A DNA stretch of 63,571 nt, counting the filler, from Kipferlia bialata (lineage: Eukaryota): the NCBI GenBank assembly GCA_003568945.1. It is 4 parts of 3 records of this genome, joined end to end, with 100 filler letters (N's around TTAATTAATTAA, not from the genome) between each part and the next. Parts side by side here need not be neighbours in the genome. Positions count along the whole stretch, not along the records: positions 13,700 to 40,203 come from BDIP01000186.1; 3 more parts are not named here. The stretch is one strand, 5' to 3'. Numbering within the stretch: position 1 is the stretch's first letter; the number at the start of each line of letters is the position of its first letter. The notes beneath the pieces were generated by a model. It was not told the DNA's origin. It searched no databases and saw only the letters and a program-made list of their open reading frames with translations. The position numbers and the translations under genes were made by a program. Shown here piece after piece: positions 26,101-40,153 of this stretch.

Positions 26101-29100
26101 TAAGTGAAAGAGTGACAGATAGTGCATTGGCCATGGCAGAGACTATCCCTTGGGGGCTCAGTATGAGTACACTTATGCTATAATATAGTGATGACTTACT
26201 TGAGTTCATTCTCAAGTGGCGCAATCTTCAGGTATGCCCCGTGGTATGCTATGTTGGCAGAGACCCATCCAGACAAGGGGGCAGCGGCCTTAGAAACAGA
26301 GCGGATGCGGTCCTGGAGGTAAGCTGCCAGTCACTCTCAGAATCACAATAGTCGCGGGCACATGGCTTCTCGGGTTGAATACAAAAACAATTCTCAATTA
26401 TAGAGGTCCTATTGGTAGTATCGTACCTCATTGAAGGCCTCTGGGCTGTTCTGGATGATGCCCTTGACAGCATGAATGACCTAAGGGTTAGAGAATAGAG
26501 TGGATGATATATACTTACTGATACTATTGCAATTCTGCAGATAAATACTTGTCGGCCTTGGGTAAACATAGAAATGCCCATGACTCACCTTTGGATGCAC
26601 AGTCTTGATGTTGAGCTCCATCAGTCTCTTCTGAAAGCCAGACTTGGCCAGGAAGGCACGCATGCCTAGGGATCAGAAGGTGAAAGAGGAGACATATGGA
26701 ACATTTAGAACAGATGATATCGGTGACAGTAGATAGAGGACGAAACACAATATGGCATAGACATAACATCGAGAGACAGAGGTACACACCGGTCCAAGAG
26801 AGATCCTTCTGACCACAGAGCCTGAGAACGGCACCAAGAACAACCTGGACTGAGACGGCCGCTGAAATAGAAAGGTACAAACAGATATGAATTCACCATG
26901 TACTATGCTATATAAGCATACATCATACCTGCACAAGGTGAGGGGGAGAAGAGAATCCCCTCACTTCCTGAAGGGCACGAGGTGGGATCTGGGAGACTGC
27001 GAGCTTGGCCTGGAGGGTAAGGCTGAGACTACTATAAGAGACATGTAATAGTGTGGATATTGGTTGAATGTACCTTCTCCAGCATTGGCTTGACTTGGGA
27101 GTAGTCCCTGTCAGCCTCGGCACGTCTCGTTTCTAGGGTTAGACACTATATATTCCTAGAAACAAGGCTTGGTGCAACGAATGTATGACTATATATACAT
27201 ACACGATACGCACCAATGGCAACGGTGTCTGCGTCTAGTGTTGTCCTGAGTGCCTTGGCCTCGGCCTGCTTCACAGAGACATCCTAGGGTGAGTTCTACA
27301 CGATAACTGATCGTTCATAATACTACGCGATACCTGCATGGCCTGCTGGATGTTTGTGAGTGCCTCTGTGGCATCACGCTGTGCAGTGCTGAGCTTGCCT
27401 CTCTCCACAGAGAGTCCCTGGAGTTAGTATATATAAACATACTCCATAGAAAGATTTATTATTACAGATATCACAAAGACTCCGGAATCATCACGCTCAC
27501 TTCCGAAAGATCACAGTACAGGGATCATTACCAAGAGGAGCATATAAAACCCAATATATAGTACCTTTCTCATGTGGCTGATAGTAGACTCGCACTGCTT
27601 CAGCTGCCTGAGACCCTTTCCTGTGGTGAGTACACAAGTATACGAAGAGAATGGTATGGTTGGCTCTAGACTAACCTAGGGTGCTGCTTTCCGCTGCAAG
27701 ACTGTCCTTCTTAGACTCAACCAACTTGGTGGCAGCGCTATAGGCATACAGTACGGTCTAAGGGTCAGTCAACTCATAAAAGCCAGCTCCAATCTAAGAA
27801 TAGTTGGCAAGAGACGATATAGCGATGAGTACCTGTCCCTCCAGGAAAGGTGACTGTACGTCTGAGAGTCCACCATTTGCATGCTTATCCCTAAGGGGTA
27901 AGAGAGGGAACAGAAGTCGGAGAGCGAATAGCTCCCCTAAACAAGCAAATATCAACATTTCTGAATACTAACTGCTAATGTGTATCCATACTATTTGGGA
28001 TACCTGAGTGTCTGCACCATGTCTCCAAAGACTGTCTCATATATTATATATATATACTATATATATATACTATATATATGATACCTGAGTATCTGCACCA
28101 TGTCTCCAAAGACAGAAAAAAACTCACTAGCAATATGCTACAATATACATCCACACATAGTCCTATTATATACATACATATACATATATATAAATAAATG
28201 ATACCTGAGTGTCTGCACCATGTCTCCAAAGACAGCCAGTGTCTCAGCACTCGATGTAACAGCAGGAGTGGCCCTGGTAGATGGTGACATGACACTACTA
28301 GGCACAGGGGCAGCAGGGGTCAGGGCCTCAAGAACCTCACTGGATCCGGCACCCCTAAGTGTCAAACACAACTCAGCTCATAGTCTTGAATTGAGACATT
28401 GAATATATGAATATGTTATACATACCTACTCCACTCTGCGTCGCTAACTGGAATGGCAACCATAGAGAGATGCCTCTCGACAGCTGGGTAGCTAGCCAAC
28501 AGAGCACACTGGCGAGTATCCATCTCTATCGCGTAGCGGACAGTCTGGCCAAAGGTCTCAAAGAGGCGCTCCCTTGCCCTCTCCCTCTCTGCCTCTCCAC
28601 CTGCCCCACCCTCTCTCTCCACCATGCCCTTCAACAGTCTGCTGATCTCGTAGGGGGAGACCAGGCTGCTGATGTTGGAGGGGTTGTCGAGGAGGGATGA
28701 TAGGCACCCGAGCCAGGTGTCTGCGGCAGAGGAGAGAACGGCAGGGGAGAGGAGGATGACAGTCTCGCGGAGAGGGGAGTCATCCTCTCTCTCACTCTCA
28801 GAGGCCTCGGCTAGAGCATCGGAAATGGAGGAGAGGGCCTGTGGTGAGTACTATAGCAACATACTATACTGTCCTTATTTATGACTCACACTGTGTTATG
28901 CCATATACCTGATATCAAAAAAAGATGGATATATATAGTATTATAGAGAGTACCTGTGTGAGTGTGGATGCCACGGCTGTAGGCCCTGCTGGTGGCTGAA
29001 CAACAGTGCAACCACGGGCGGCATACAGCGAGGTCACGCAGTGCCTAAGGTGGGGGCCTGAGGCCACACCTGCGACGGCAAAGACCTACGCGTAAGATAG

Positions 29101-32100
29101 TCCAAAGACAGGTATAGTGTAGCATAATCAAAGGTGTACCTTGCTACCCTCCAGAGCCGTGTCACACCACGCTGCCTGGGAGAGGAATGGCTGTACTAGC
29201 GGTGTGTGGAGGGGTGAGTACAGAGTGTTGGCATGTCCCACGGCAGAGGCTAGAGTAGAGGCATAGACGCTCATGGGAATCACACAGAGTCTCCCTCCCT
29301 CAGGTGTAGTTGTGTCCTTGGTGTCTAAGGGAGTCTCGGAAGAGTCCTCTCTTCTCATGGTTGGACTTCCAAAGGGATCACTTAGCTCTCTACGCATGGA
29401 TCTGTCGTGGTCCCTGCCGCCTCTGCCCCTAAGGGCATCCAACCAGGACTGCTGTACAACACCTAGGGTAAGTATCTGACTGCTCGCTACACTCTAACAA
29501 TTTCACAGTATATACATGTTATGTATGTAGTATAGTATACCTCGTAGAACGTCACTGTCTGCCCCTCCTAGGGGTATCATGCCGTCTGAGCATGCATAGC
29601 CAGAGATATCAATATATATAACAATCTAACACTGAGAAACTTAGTAATGTAACATACCTAGTACAACGTTACTGTCTCCCAGGGGTATCATGGCGTCTGA
29701 GTATGCGTTGCCAGACGACTTGGCAAGGGCAGCCAGGTAGGGGGAGGAAAGGCCGTGCTTGGCAGTGACCTATCATAAGTACCATAAGTAAAGATCCAAC
29801 ATAAATACTATTGAACTATATGAAATACCCATAAGTGTATGTTTGAGTACTGGATGAACTCCGGAAGACATGGGAGAGAATAATGGACAAGATGACAAAT
29901 ATACGAATCCATACCTTGGCAAGAGCCTTGACAGTGAGGCCCCTGGCTGCCCCCAGCTGCATACTTGCACTAAGTACCCCTAGGCCAGAGTGTACAAAGG
30001 CATCTGGCACAGAGACAACCTTACTCGCACCCTTGCCCTGACTGACCTCTGGGGCAAAGAGAGAGAGTCTGTCAACCCATCTGGGGGTAAGAAATAGACA
30101 TAGTGTATCAATATTAGAGTCAAATATCACTCTCATAGTACCTAATGAGGGTGTAGACGTCAGGCACTGCAGAGTGCAGTAGGTGCACACTGACATCACC
30201 CCTCGAGGGGTCTCTAGCCAGCTGGCTCGTCACGTGATCAATCAACTTGCCAAGGGCCTGAATGGTTAGCATTGGTTCAACATGCAACTTACTCGATATG
30301 TGATAGATCGTGTACCTTAGTGAGTAGCTGGCATGTCTGCACCATGGCAGTAGCCAGCATTTGCAGGGTGCCCTTGAGGTCCTTGACCCCAGAGAACATG
30401 GGGTGCTTAGCCACACTACGCAGAAGACGGTGCCTGATTGTCAGGTATATGAATATTCACGATATTCCGCAACAGTAGGGACAAATACTATACTAACCTG
30501 GTAACGGCCACCATCTCGCTGCTGTTGAGTCTGGGCAGGGACACGGTAGCGCACAAGGAAGCGAGCCTCGATCTGATTGGCTGTCTCCCACCCTCATCAC
30601 CGCCTCTGACTGAGAGCACAAACACAACCCCGCTGACCCTGGCGACAGACACATCGCCACCCTCACCCTCAGCGACAACACCAACCTCGCCCTTCTCCAC
30701 CACGCTCCTAATCACACAGTGCAGGGGTGTGTGGCCGTAAGTGTCACGCCTAGGCAGATCCGCATCGCGTAGGTACACGACGAGTCTCTGGCCCTTGGGG
30801 GGGGAGAGAACCACCCTTCCATCGGGGGCACTGCCCTTAGAGAGAGAGTTGGTCAGCATGGTTACTAGTGTGGAAGCGTCCGTGTCCACGCAACACGTGT
30901 GCTCGACGTAGATGGTATCCTGCATGGATGACACTGTCTGTCTCACTAGAGTGGCCTTGCCACTGCCCCTGGGGCCACTAAGGACGGTACTCACACCTGC
31001 ATCCAGGAGCATCCTGAAGGTAAGAGATATACAACAAGAGAAGAAGACAACACCAGTCTTGTTGAAACAAGAACAAGAGTGGATGTCCAGAAATACCTCA
31101 GGGTAGGGACTGCCCCAGAGAGTGACGGAAGGGGACACGTATTAGGGGACAGAGCACAGGTCTGGAAGTGAGTAGACAAAAAGAGAATCAATAATACTCA
31201 TAATATGGTACTGAAGGGATTCATCACTGAAACTACGCGATGAGTACCTTGTCCTTTGGCTCTGGTCCGTTGTCTCCCATGGCGACAGGGAGGGTAGATC
31301 CTGGGGGTACCCAAAGCCTAGGGTTAGATTGAAGACCAAACAAGTATAATCTAATATGCAAGAAAGAAGTGTAACTGATAGGCTATATACCTTCCCCTTG
31401 CAAACACTGGCTGTCTGATCCTCCTAGTCATCTTGTCATGGAGAGGGGGGACAGTCACAACGGCAAGCCTGGCGTGAGCACGGTATCGTCAAGTCACATT
31501 CATAACTGTTACCAGAGCACCCAACCCTTCAGACTCTACCTTGATATAGTGGCTGGGGATGCATGCTGCAGAGAGTCAGTCTCAAACAGGAAGGAGACAG
31601 GGGCAGTGGTGAGGTGCTGCCTGACCATCAGAACACAATAACCCTGAAGAATAGAGAAATTGCAACTCCGTTGTAGTGTACGTTGTATATATCCTATACT
31701 TACTTCATGTAGGCAGAGACGTAGTCCTCTGTCAAATGAATCATATCTGATCACAAAACAAGTATATATATAGTAAACTGAAACATATACATATACTCAG
31801 CGTACTCACTTCATGTAAGCAGATACGTAGTCCTCTGTCTGTGGGAACCTAACCCTCTCTCCACTTGCAAGGGTGAGGAGATGGTTGTCATCAAGAGCAC
31901 TGTTGAGAGCCTGAATGTCAGGGTTACTTACACGATTAATTTGACAGGTACCAATATTCGGACTACGTACCTCAACCCACTCAGGGTCCACGTCTCCATC
32001 GCATACAATCCAGGTCCAGACTCCCTGGGGGTAAGGGAATGATCTACACAGAGTGTCTTGGGATACATATGGATGTGATAGAAATGTATATACTGTACAA

Positions 32101-35100
32101 GGACACACCTGTGCCTGTCCTGCTGCCACCCTTGACTCTCTGGTCAGGATACCATCGTGCCACTCTCCCTGACGTAAGTACAGGTTACAACCTCCTGCAG
32201 ACTCACAAATACCCACTACAGCGCGCCACCTTCCAATTTCAGAATAATTTGGGTGACTCGTATATACATACCTTGTCTGTGTATCCGAGGAGTGCCCGTC
32301 TGTCCACAGCCTTGGGACACACCTCAACAATCCTGACATTAGCACTAGAGAATAACGCGATACAGTTCTTACACGATACCTGATGACGAGGCCACAGATG
32401 GACTGCACAGCCTTGGCCAGTGCCTGCCTCACTCTAGTCTTACCACACCGGCCCTCACCCACCAGGGCAACACCTATCTTACTCGATAGAGATCTGTACA
32501 GGGAGAGACAGAGATCCGTCTGCTCGGGGGTTACTCCACCTAGGGTCAGGTTCTCAATCGCAAAACTGAAGAATTTTAACAAACCAAGCTGAACTATAAT
32601 ACTGATATGATGATAAGTAACCCATACCTAGTGATCCCATGACCTCCTCCACGGCGTGCCTCAGCTTGAGTTCCACACTTGGCAGAGGGGGTGCAACAAA
32701 GGCATTCTTGTCAAAGACGTCCCTGGAGTCAGAGTGGAAGAGATATTAACGGGGTCAATAACAACTGACAATTCATCCACAATACAACCACAATACGTCC
32801 ACAATATCAATGTTTGTATACCTTAAGACTCCCTCAAATACTGGAGCGTCAAGAGCGCTGATACGGGGATGGACGGCAGAACGGAAGGCCTACTCGTCAG
32901 CAAAGAGCGTTATCGTGTATACACAAATGTGACGTGTGTACTCACCTGCACCAGCACAGCCTGCTCACAGATTGTGACATCCTTAGAGTACTGCTCCTTG
33001 GAAGGCTTAGACTTGTAGCTCTTCTTGAGAGAGAGGACAGCGCCAGGGAGCATACCGGCAGCCTGAGAGTAAGAGAATCACATACTATATGTTTCGTGTA
33101 GATATGGTTAATCGTGTGAAAATACCTGCTTCAGCACTGTCTGTAGGCCTCTCATACCCCAGTCCACAAAGGAGGACTGGGTCAGGCTCCTGACAGTTAG
33201 AATATGGTCATATATATACCATCAAGCTCAGTAAGGATTGTTCAATTGCCAGAGGAGTCCTAATAATATATAGAATACTCTGATACCTTCCACTGATGCT
33301 GCACACAAGCATGGCCTTTGTCGACAGGTGGCTGGAGGTCTTGAAGCCTGGATGAGAAAGACGAAATACATAGTATCATATATAGAAACAGTGTTAATCA
33401 GTCGACTGGCCACCAAGAGTACCAGATACACAGAAAGAGTGCTAATCGTCGACAGACCACTCACCATCTGCAAGTAGAGCAACATGGGCAATTGTGTCGA
33501 TATCAGCTCTGGCCATGTGGACAGGTCTAAGGAGCTGCTTGACATTGTCTGGCAGCTGGGAACGGCCCCTTACAATTAGATCATGAGTATTCTCACAAAG
33601 ACTTGAAGAGAAACTTATAGTTACAAATAATGAATACTACACCATGTATATATACTGTACTATATATACTATGTGAAGTATGGTACCTGTACTCTCTGGA
33701 CGCAGGGTTGAGTGTGACAAACACAGCTGCACCCCGTGTGACATGCACAGCTCTGCCACCAAGGGACAGAGTGGACTGCGAGTTAGAATAGAACAGGAAC
33801 AGACACAATGCCTGAGACATAGTAACATCACTGACAGGCAAGATCACATAACTAACCTCTCCCACTCCTCTGATGCTGGACTGAATGGCCTTGATGTTCA
33901 AATATATTATATATATATATAAATATGAATATATAGACATACTATATATATAGACATACTATATATATATATATATGAATATATAGACATACTTCTTAGA
34001 GTATAAGAGCGAAAAATGTCATTCAATGTAGAATACGCACCTCTCCCCCTCCTCTGATGCTGGACTGGATGGCCTTGATGTCATTGGCCAAGAGGTGCAG
34101 AGTGCGCTCAGACAGTCTGTTGAATTCATCGAAACAGCCAAAGGCACCAAGGAGAACAACTCCTAGAGAGTAAGAAAGCAATAAGTACCCAAACAGCAGA
34201 ACTAATACACTAAATGGGAGGAAGTGATGATAATGGTACCTGTAAGCACTCTTCTGATGGCCCCCACATCTGCCTCTGCATCACAGTTGAAGGTGATGAC
34301 TGGCCTTCCAAGCACACCAGCTAGGTACTTGACAGTCTCGGTCTTGCCTGGTGGTGAGGGTTCGACTCCCACTCAAATACACTTCTAGATAGATGAGAGG
34401 CTAAGAGCCTTACCTGATCCAGCGGGACCGTACGGGTTTCCTCCATAGCCAAGACCCATACCGACCATACAGGCATCAATGCACTTATCAGTCAGAGCAG
34501 AGTGCACGATTCGTGCCCCAAGTCCCTATCGGTGAGAAAATAAATACACGATATATGAGGGTGTAACTACGCCGTGTCTGGTACCTGGTACTCCCAGAAG
34601 TATGGGTATGACACACCCATACATACACATGCCACGTCCATGCCCCCTAGGGATAGGTCCCCAGAGGCATTGGGAGAGGCAACAGGGGCAGGGACAACCA
34701 GTCTGTACTTGATCTCCCTGGGGGTGAGGGGAGTAATCTATTGTCTATTCTACATCGTAGTAGTATTCTACGATACAGTACCTGAACCACTGGTATGCCC
34801 TCTCCCCAGGTGTGCTACACTCAATCAGTCTCCTGCACATTGACATGTGATGGACAAGGGTGGTGGTCAGGATACGGGTCTTGAGGTGGAATACCTCCCT
34901 GTCGCCCTCACATGGGAGGTTCTTCAGGGCAGCTAGGGACTGGAATGAGAGAACTTCGATGACTGAAAGAGTAGAGAATGCGACAAGTGAGATTGAAGAC
35001 AGTCTCCTATTCCATACCTTTGTTGTGGAAGTGAGTGCCCACTTCAGCCTGTGAGTGCACTCCTGAGGATGAGACTGATTCTAGGCACCAGAATAGAATA

Positions 35101-38100
35101 GTATGAACACTGTATGGCCGATTGAGAAGTTGAGTTGCCTAGAGAAAAGAGAAGAAACAAGAGAAATAGAGAGAACACACCTGGTGAGGATCTGGTCCTG
35201 TCTCCCCCCCATCTCCCACCAGTGCATCCTCTATATCGGCACAGAAGAGTACATTGGCAAGGAGACAGGCAATCTCTCCGGGCAGGGTGTTGGGATCCGT
35301 GGATGCGTTCCCGAGACCGGCCTTGGAGAGGAAGTATGTGCCATTGTCCCTGATGTCAATATACCGAACAATTGAAACAATACATTGTGGAAGTGACTAG
35401 TTGTGTATACGTACCCTCTTGTCACACTACCGGGTGGCAGTGGCAGGCAAGGGGGTAGCTTTGCCCCTGTCAGCAGAGAGTGGCGCAGCGAGGAGGATAT
35501 ACCCTGGGCAAGCTGAGGAAGCCACACCTAGTAGTTAGAATAGGAGTCCGATATGGTAGTAATATCATAAAGACTAGCGGTGCAATACCTCGCTTCTGGT
35601 GTTGGCTCTGCATGGGATCCGTCTCTGTAGTGGGATGGTCTCGCCATCAACGGAGGAGAAGCCTAGAGTCAGTAATTTGACTCATAACTACAAATCACAA
35701 ACTGAGACTAACAGAATAGTGTGTGAATAGGTGAGGAAGGTCATGTACCTACAATCTCCCTCTTTGTGGTCCCATCCACAGTGACTGCAGCCACAGCTCC
35801 AAAGAGCTTCCTGAGGTCAGAAAACAATACAATACTCACACAGCAACCAAAGAACACAAAGACAGTATTCTACAAACCTGAGGTGTGGGGTCACTGCCTC
35901 TGGATCAGCGGCACTGAGAATGGTAAGGAGATCCTGATGTGAGGGAAGCAGGAAACACATATATCGTGTAGAATCGTAAACCTACACGAACCTGATCTCC
36001 GACGAAGTAGAACCTCGGGAATGCCCTCCTCTTATCATCCAGGTACTCAGAGAGGGCCCTCTCTACACCCTTGAGAACAGACTCACACAGCTCCAGAGCC
36101 CCAGGTACATTCCTCTCCCCGTCTCTCTCTCCCTCACCGTCCGTATCTGCGTGTGCGTAGAGATCACTCAGCAGGATAGGGGGCACGAGGAGGAGACCAG
36201 TCGCAGGGTATGCGCCATGTCTGCTGTCGGGTGCCTCTCTCTCTCTCTCGAGGCCCTTCCTCTCTCCCCCGACCTCAATGTCTGACACTAGTGTGACTAA
36301 GGCAGTGCACACGACAGAGAGAGCACGGTAGAAGGGGGAGGTCTGGGCGGGTAGGGCGTTGTTAGCCATGACGGGCTCAAGGTAGGCAACCTTCCTCTGC
36401 ACCTATTGTGAGAACACGGTTGGTGACAAGAATGGGACAAGTGAATCATACCTTTGTGATACAGTGCAGCACACGTGATATGTCCCCAATAGTCTCCTCG
36501 TAGTGGGTGACCTCGTTCTTGGCAGTGGCGTAGTGAGGGGAGGTCTTTACAGACTGGAGCATCGCCTCTCTCTCAGCAAGACCTAGGGGTCAGAAGGGAC
36601 GGAGAAACATAGTAAATACATGTATCAAGGTTTCGAATTATAGAATATAGATAATATAGATAGATATAGATAGAATAGATACAATAATAGAATAATAATG
36701 TGAGCAAGTATGTATATACCTGATAGAACACGTGTGACTCCCCCCACAAAGGGCAAGCATGTCACTGTGTACTCAGGTGGGGTCTCATGACTGAAGATGT
36801 CCATGTCACGCAGGGCCTTGACTGGTGGTGAGTACTAGACACCTACACGATATATATCAGTTTCTACGCGATACCTGCGGGTCCCACTCTCTTCACAGAG
36901 GCCTCTGTGAGCTTAAATGGTGTGACGGTGAGGTTGCAGTGGATGTTGATGTATGCAGCAACGTCCTCCACAACCTTCCTGACCTCTCTCTCTCCTAGGG
37001 CCACCGAGACAATACTCCTGATGGCCTGGGGGTTAGGGACATAATATACACAAAATGATTACTTAGATTACATATGATATATAACTACCAACCTTGGTTC
37101 TTGCCGTCAGGTGTGGAATGTGTGACTGCGACACCTCGATAGACATACTCTTGCACTCAGCGGGTGAGTATGCAGCAGCAATGTCACCGACAGTCAGACG
37201 GGCAGGGGGGGAGGCAGGGCAAGGGATAGCGAGGGCATTGCATATCTGGACCCAGTGACTGGCAACTAGGGCGTCGCAACGAAGTAGTGTGAGGACAGGG
37301 GTCAGAGTGGAGACTAGCTCAAGATCAGCAGATACCCTGGATATCAGACAATAAAGCGAAGTAGAGCTAGCATAAATAGAATATAATAAGTGAATAAGGA
37401 ACAAACCGCAGAAATGGAAATGTATTGGGGAAGAGTAGAAAACTTACCTTGCGGAGAGGGTGCGACACAGTGTGGAGCAAGGTGAGTCTGCGAGGGTGTT
37501 GACCTCTCTCCTATCGAAGGAGTCCTGCTCCACTGGCTCCTTGCCCCACTCTGCCAGCATGTCATCTACAACATACAGACGGTGCCTAACGGTAAGATGC
37601 GAAAATATAGCAAAATAGAGGGGCGACAGAATCAGTATGACAACCAAGGAATACAAAGGATGTTGGTAAGAGTTGGAAATAATATACTATTTGAATATGA
37701 GAACAGGCCCAATAACAGAGAACTATTGAATATGTCATATACCTGATTGAGACCCAGTCCTGCTCGAGAATACCCTCTCTGATACCCTTGCTCACACTCT
37801 CATGCTTGGACAGGAGGGACAGAGTGTGTCTGGCGAGCTTGGCCTGATGATTAGTCATAAACACTTTTGTGATTATTGCTAACTATCTATATACACAAGA
37901 GTATACACAGGATTATGAGGCCGAAATAGTTAAATTTACCTGGGAAAGGATATCTGCGAATGTGGCTGCAGCCAGGCCAGTAACAGAGGAGAGGAGAGCA
38001 AACACCTCCTCCTCTGCACCTTTTTTAGTCTGAGGGGTCTTTGGAGAAGGTGGAGATCCACTGGCAGCAGAAGCGCTGCCCAGTAGAATGGCACGATTGG

Positions 38101-40153
38101 CACTGACTAGCTCAATGATCCTGACATCAGTAAATTAGAAAGACCAGCTTCATAGTTCTAGTACTCAAGAGAGAAACACAATGTGTATGAAAGCATACCT
38201 ATCTGCCACTGCCACCAGCATCGACAGGGACTCCTGGGCATCTGCCCAGCCTGGTGTCAATCGCGTAACAACCCACCCAGCTACTCATCGTGTAGAAAGC
38301 CACATACCTGGTACAGTCACCACTGTCAGCGCCTTCTCCCCGTCCTTCCTCTTGTACACCCAGCCGAGTGGATGCCCAGCCACTGCAGCACAGAGGGAGG
38401 CAGACACACTCTCCGTGACTTGTGATACGGCGTCCATGCCCTCTCTCAATAGGCCAGCGGGGTATCTGGTGGGTCAGAGGGTGTGGGTTCGATTCCAGCT
38501 ATTGACACTTTACCTTGGGTCTGCCCCTAGCTTCTGCTTGATAGACTCCAGGATGACCTTGACACCATCGTGGACTGGTGGTAAGAAAGTGTGAGAGAGA
38601 GAAGGAGGAAGAGAGAGAGGTACTCAAAAATATGGGCAAGAGAGACACCAGGTAGTGGGGGATAACTGCTACACATACCCTTCCCACTAACGTCTCTCGC
38701 GAGGTTGTCGAGTGAAGTGATGGCTCTACGGCAGGTGCCGCACCTGAGAGTGAGATACTACACTAGAGTGGTTATTATATCAGTCTTATGTACAGTTCTC
38801 ATACCTCTCCTTCAGTAGCTGCACCATGGTCTCCTGTCCAGAATGAGACAGAGAAGTCACAGTCTCCTCCATCAGATTGAGAATCTGAAGGTGAGATCAC
38901 TGTGGATACACTAATAGCCAATCAGATTGTTCAATGTTTTACATTCACATCATCGATACTGTGTGTATCGGTGATACCTCAAGAGATGCCAGCAGCGAGA
39001 GAGGTGTGTCCTCTCCCTCGTCCTCTCCCTTCAGCTCGGCCTCGGCAAGGGCAACCGCACCTGGGTTATTAATGTATAATATGTATTTAGATATAGAGTA
39101 TTGACATATATGCATATCATGGTACTCGGCCTCGGCAAGGGCAACCGCACCTGGGTTATTAATGTATAATAAGTATTTAGATATAGAGTATTGACATATA
39201 TGCATATCATGGTACTCGGCCTCAGCAAGGGCAACGGCACCTGGGTTACATACAGCATGTAAAATGGTCAATAATAATAACTCGATTATTGCTGTACTAT
39301 AGATATATATATATACATACCTGCCATGTCATTCAGAGCTGCACTGTCCGTCAGGGGTGCCTGCAGTCTAGTGACAAGGGCATTGCACCTCAGAGAGACA
39401 TCGCCAGAGAGAGAGGCAATGCTACCCTTGGAGTAAGTAAGTTATAATGGAAAGAAGATATATAATAATTAATATGATAATAGCATTACGAATAGAGACA
39501 TCGCCAGAGAGGGACGCAATGCTACCCTGGGGGTGAGTATAATAATAGAGGATGAGTCTAAGTATATTTGAGAGATTCAGTGTAAGTATCTATAGAATAG
39601 AGAATAGTACAAGAATACCTTGAGAGAGCGGCATATGAGCCCCGAGAGCAGTCTAGGCTGTCTGTCGAGTTGGTTGCATGCCATCTTGACATCCAGGGTC
39701 AGGTGGCAGGGGGAGGGGATGGACAGGGTGGTGGCTGGGTGAGTATCAAGATGAAAGCGTACAAAGGAATACAAATATCGGTACTATTAACGACAATTCA
39801 AATATAAATGGTTAATGTGACATTCAGAGTGAGGTGGCAGGGGGACGGGATGGACAGGGTAGTAGCTGGGTAAGGAGAGGGGAGACCGACATAATATATA
39901 ATACTATTCATATATATATATATATGTAGTTAGTGTGACATCAAGGGTCAGGTGGCAGGGGGAGGGGATGGACAGGGTAGTGGCTTGGTGTGAATAATAG
40001 GAAAGCATCCAGGAACACCGTTATATAGATGTGACTTAGTGTATACAAATAGATAGCAAGAGTTAGGTGGCAGGGGGAGGGGATGGACAGGGTGGTGGCT
40101 GGGTAAGAGAATAAAGAATACACACAGAAGAGCATCACTACTGAGAGTCATTC

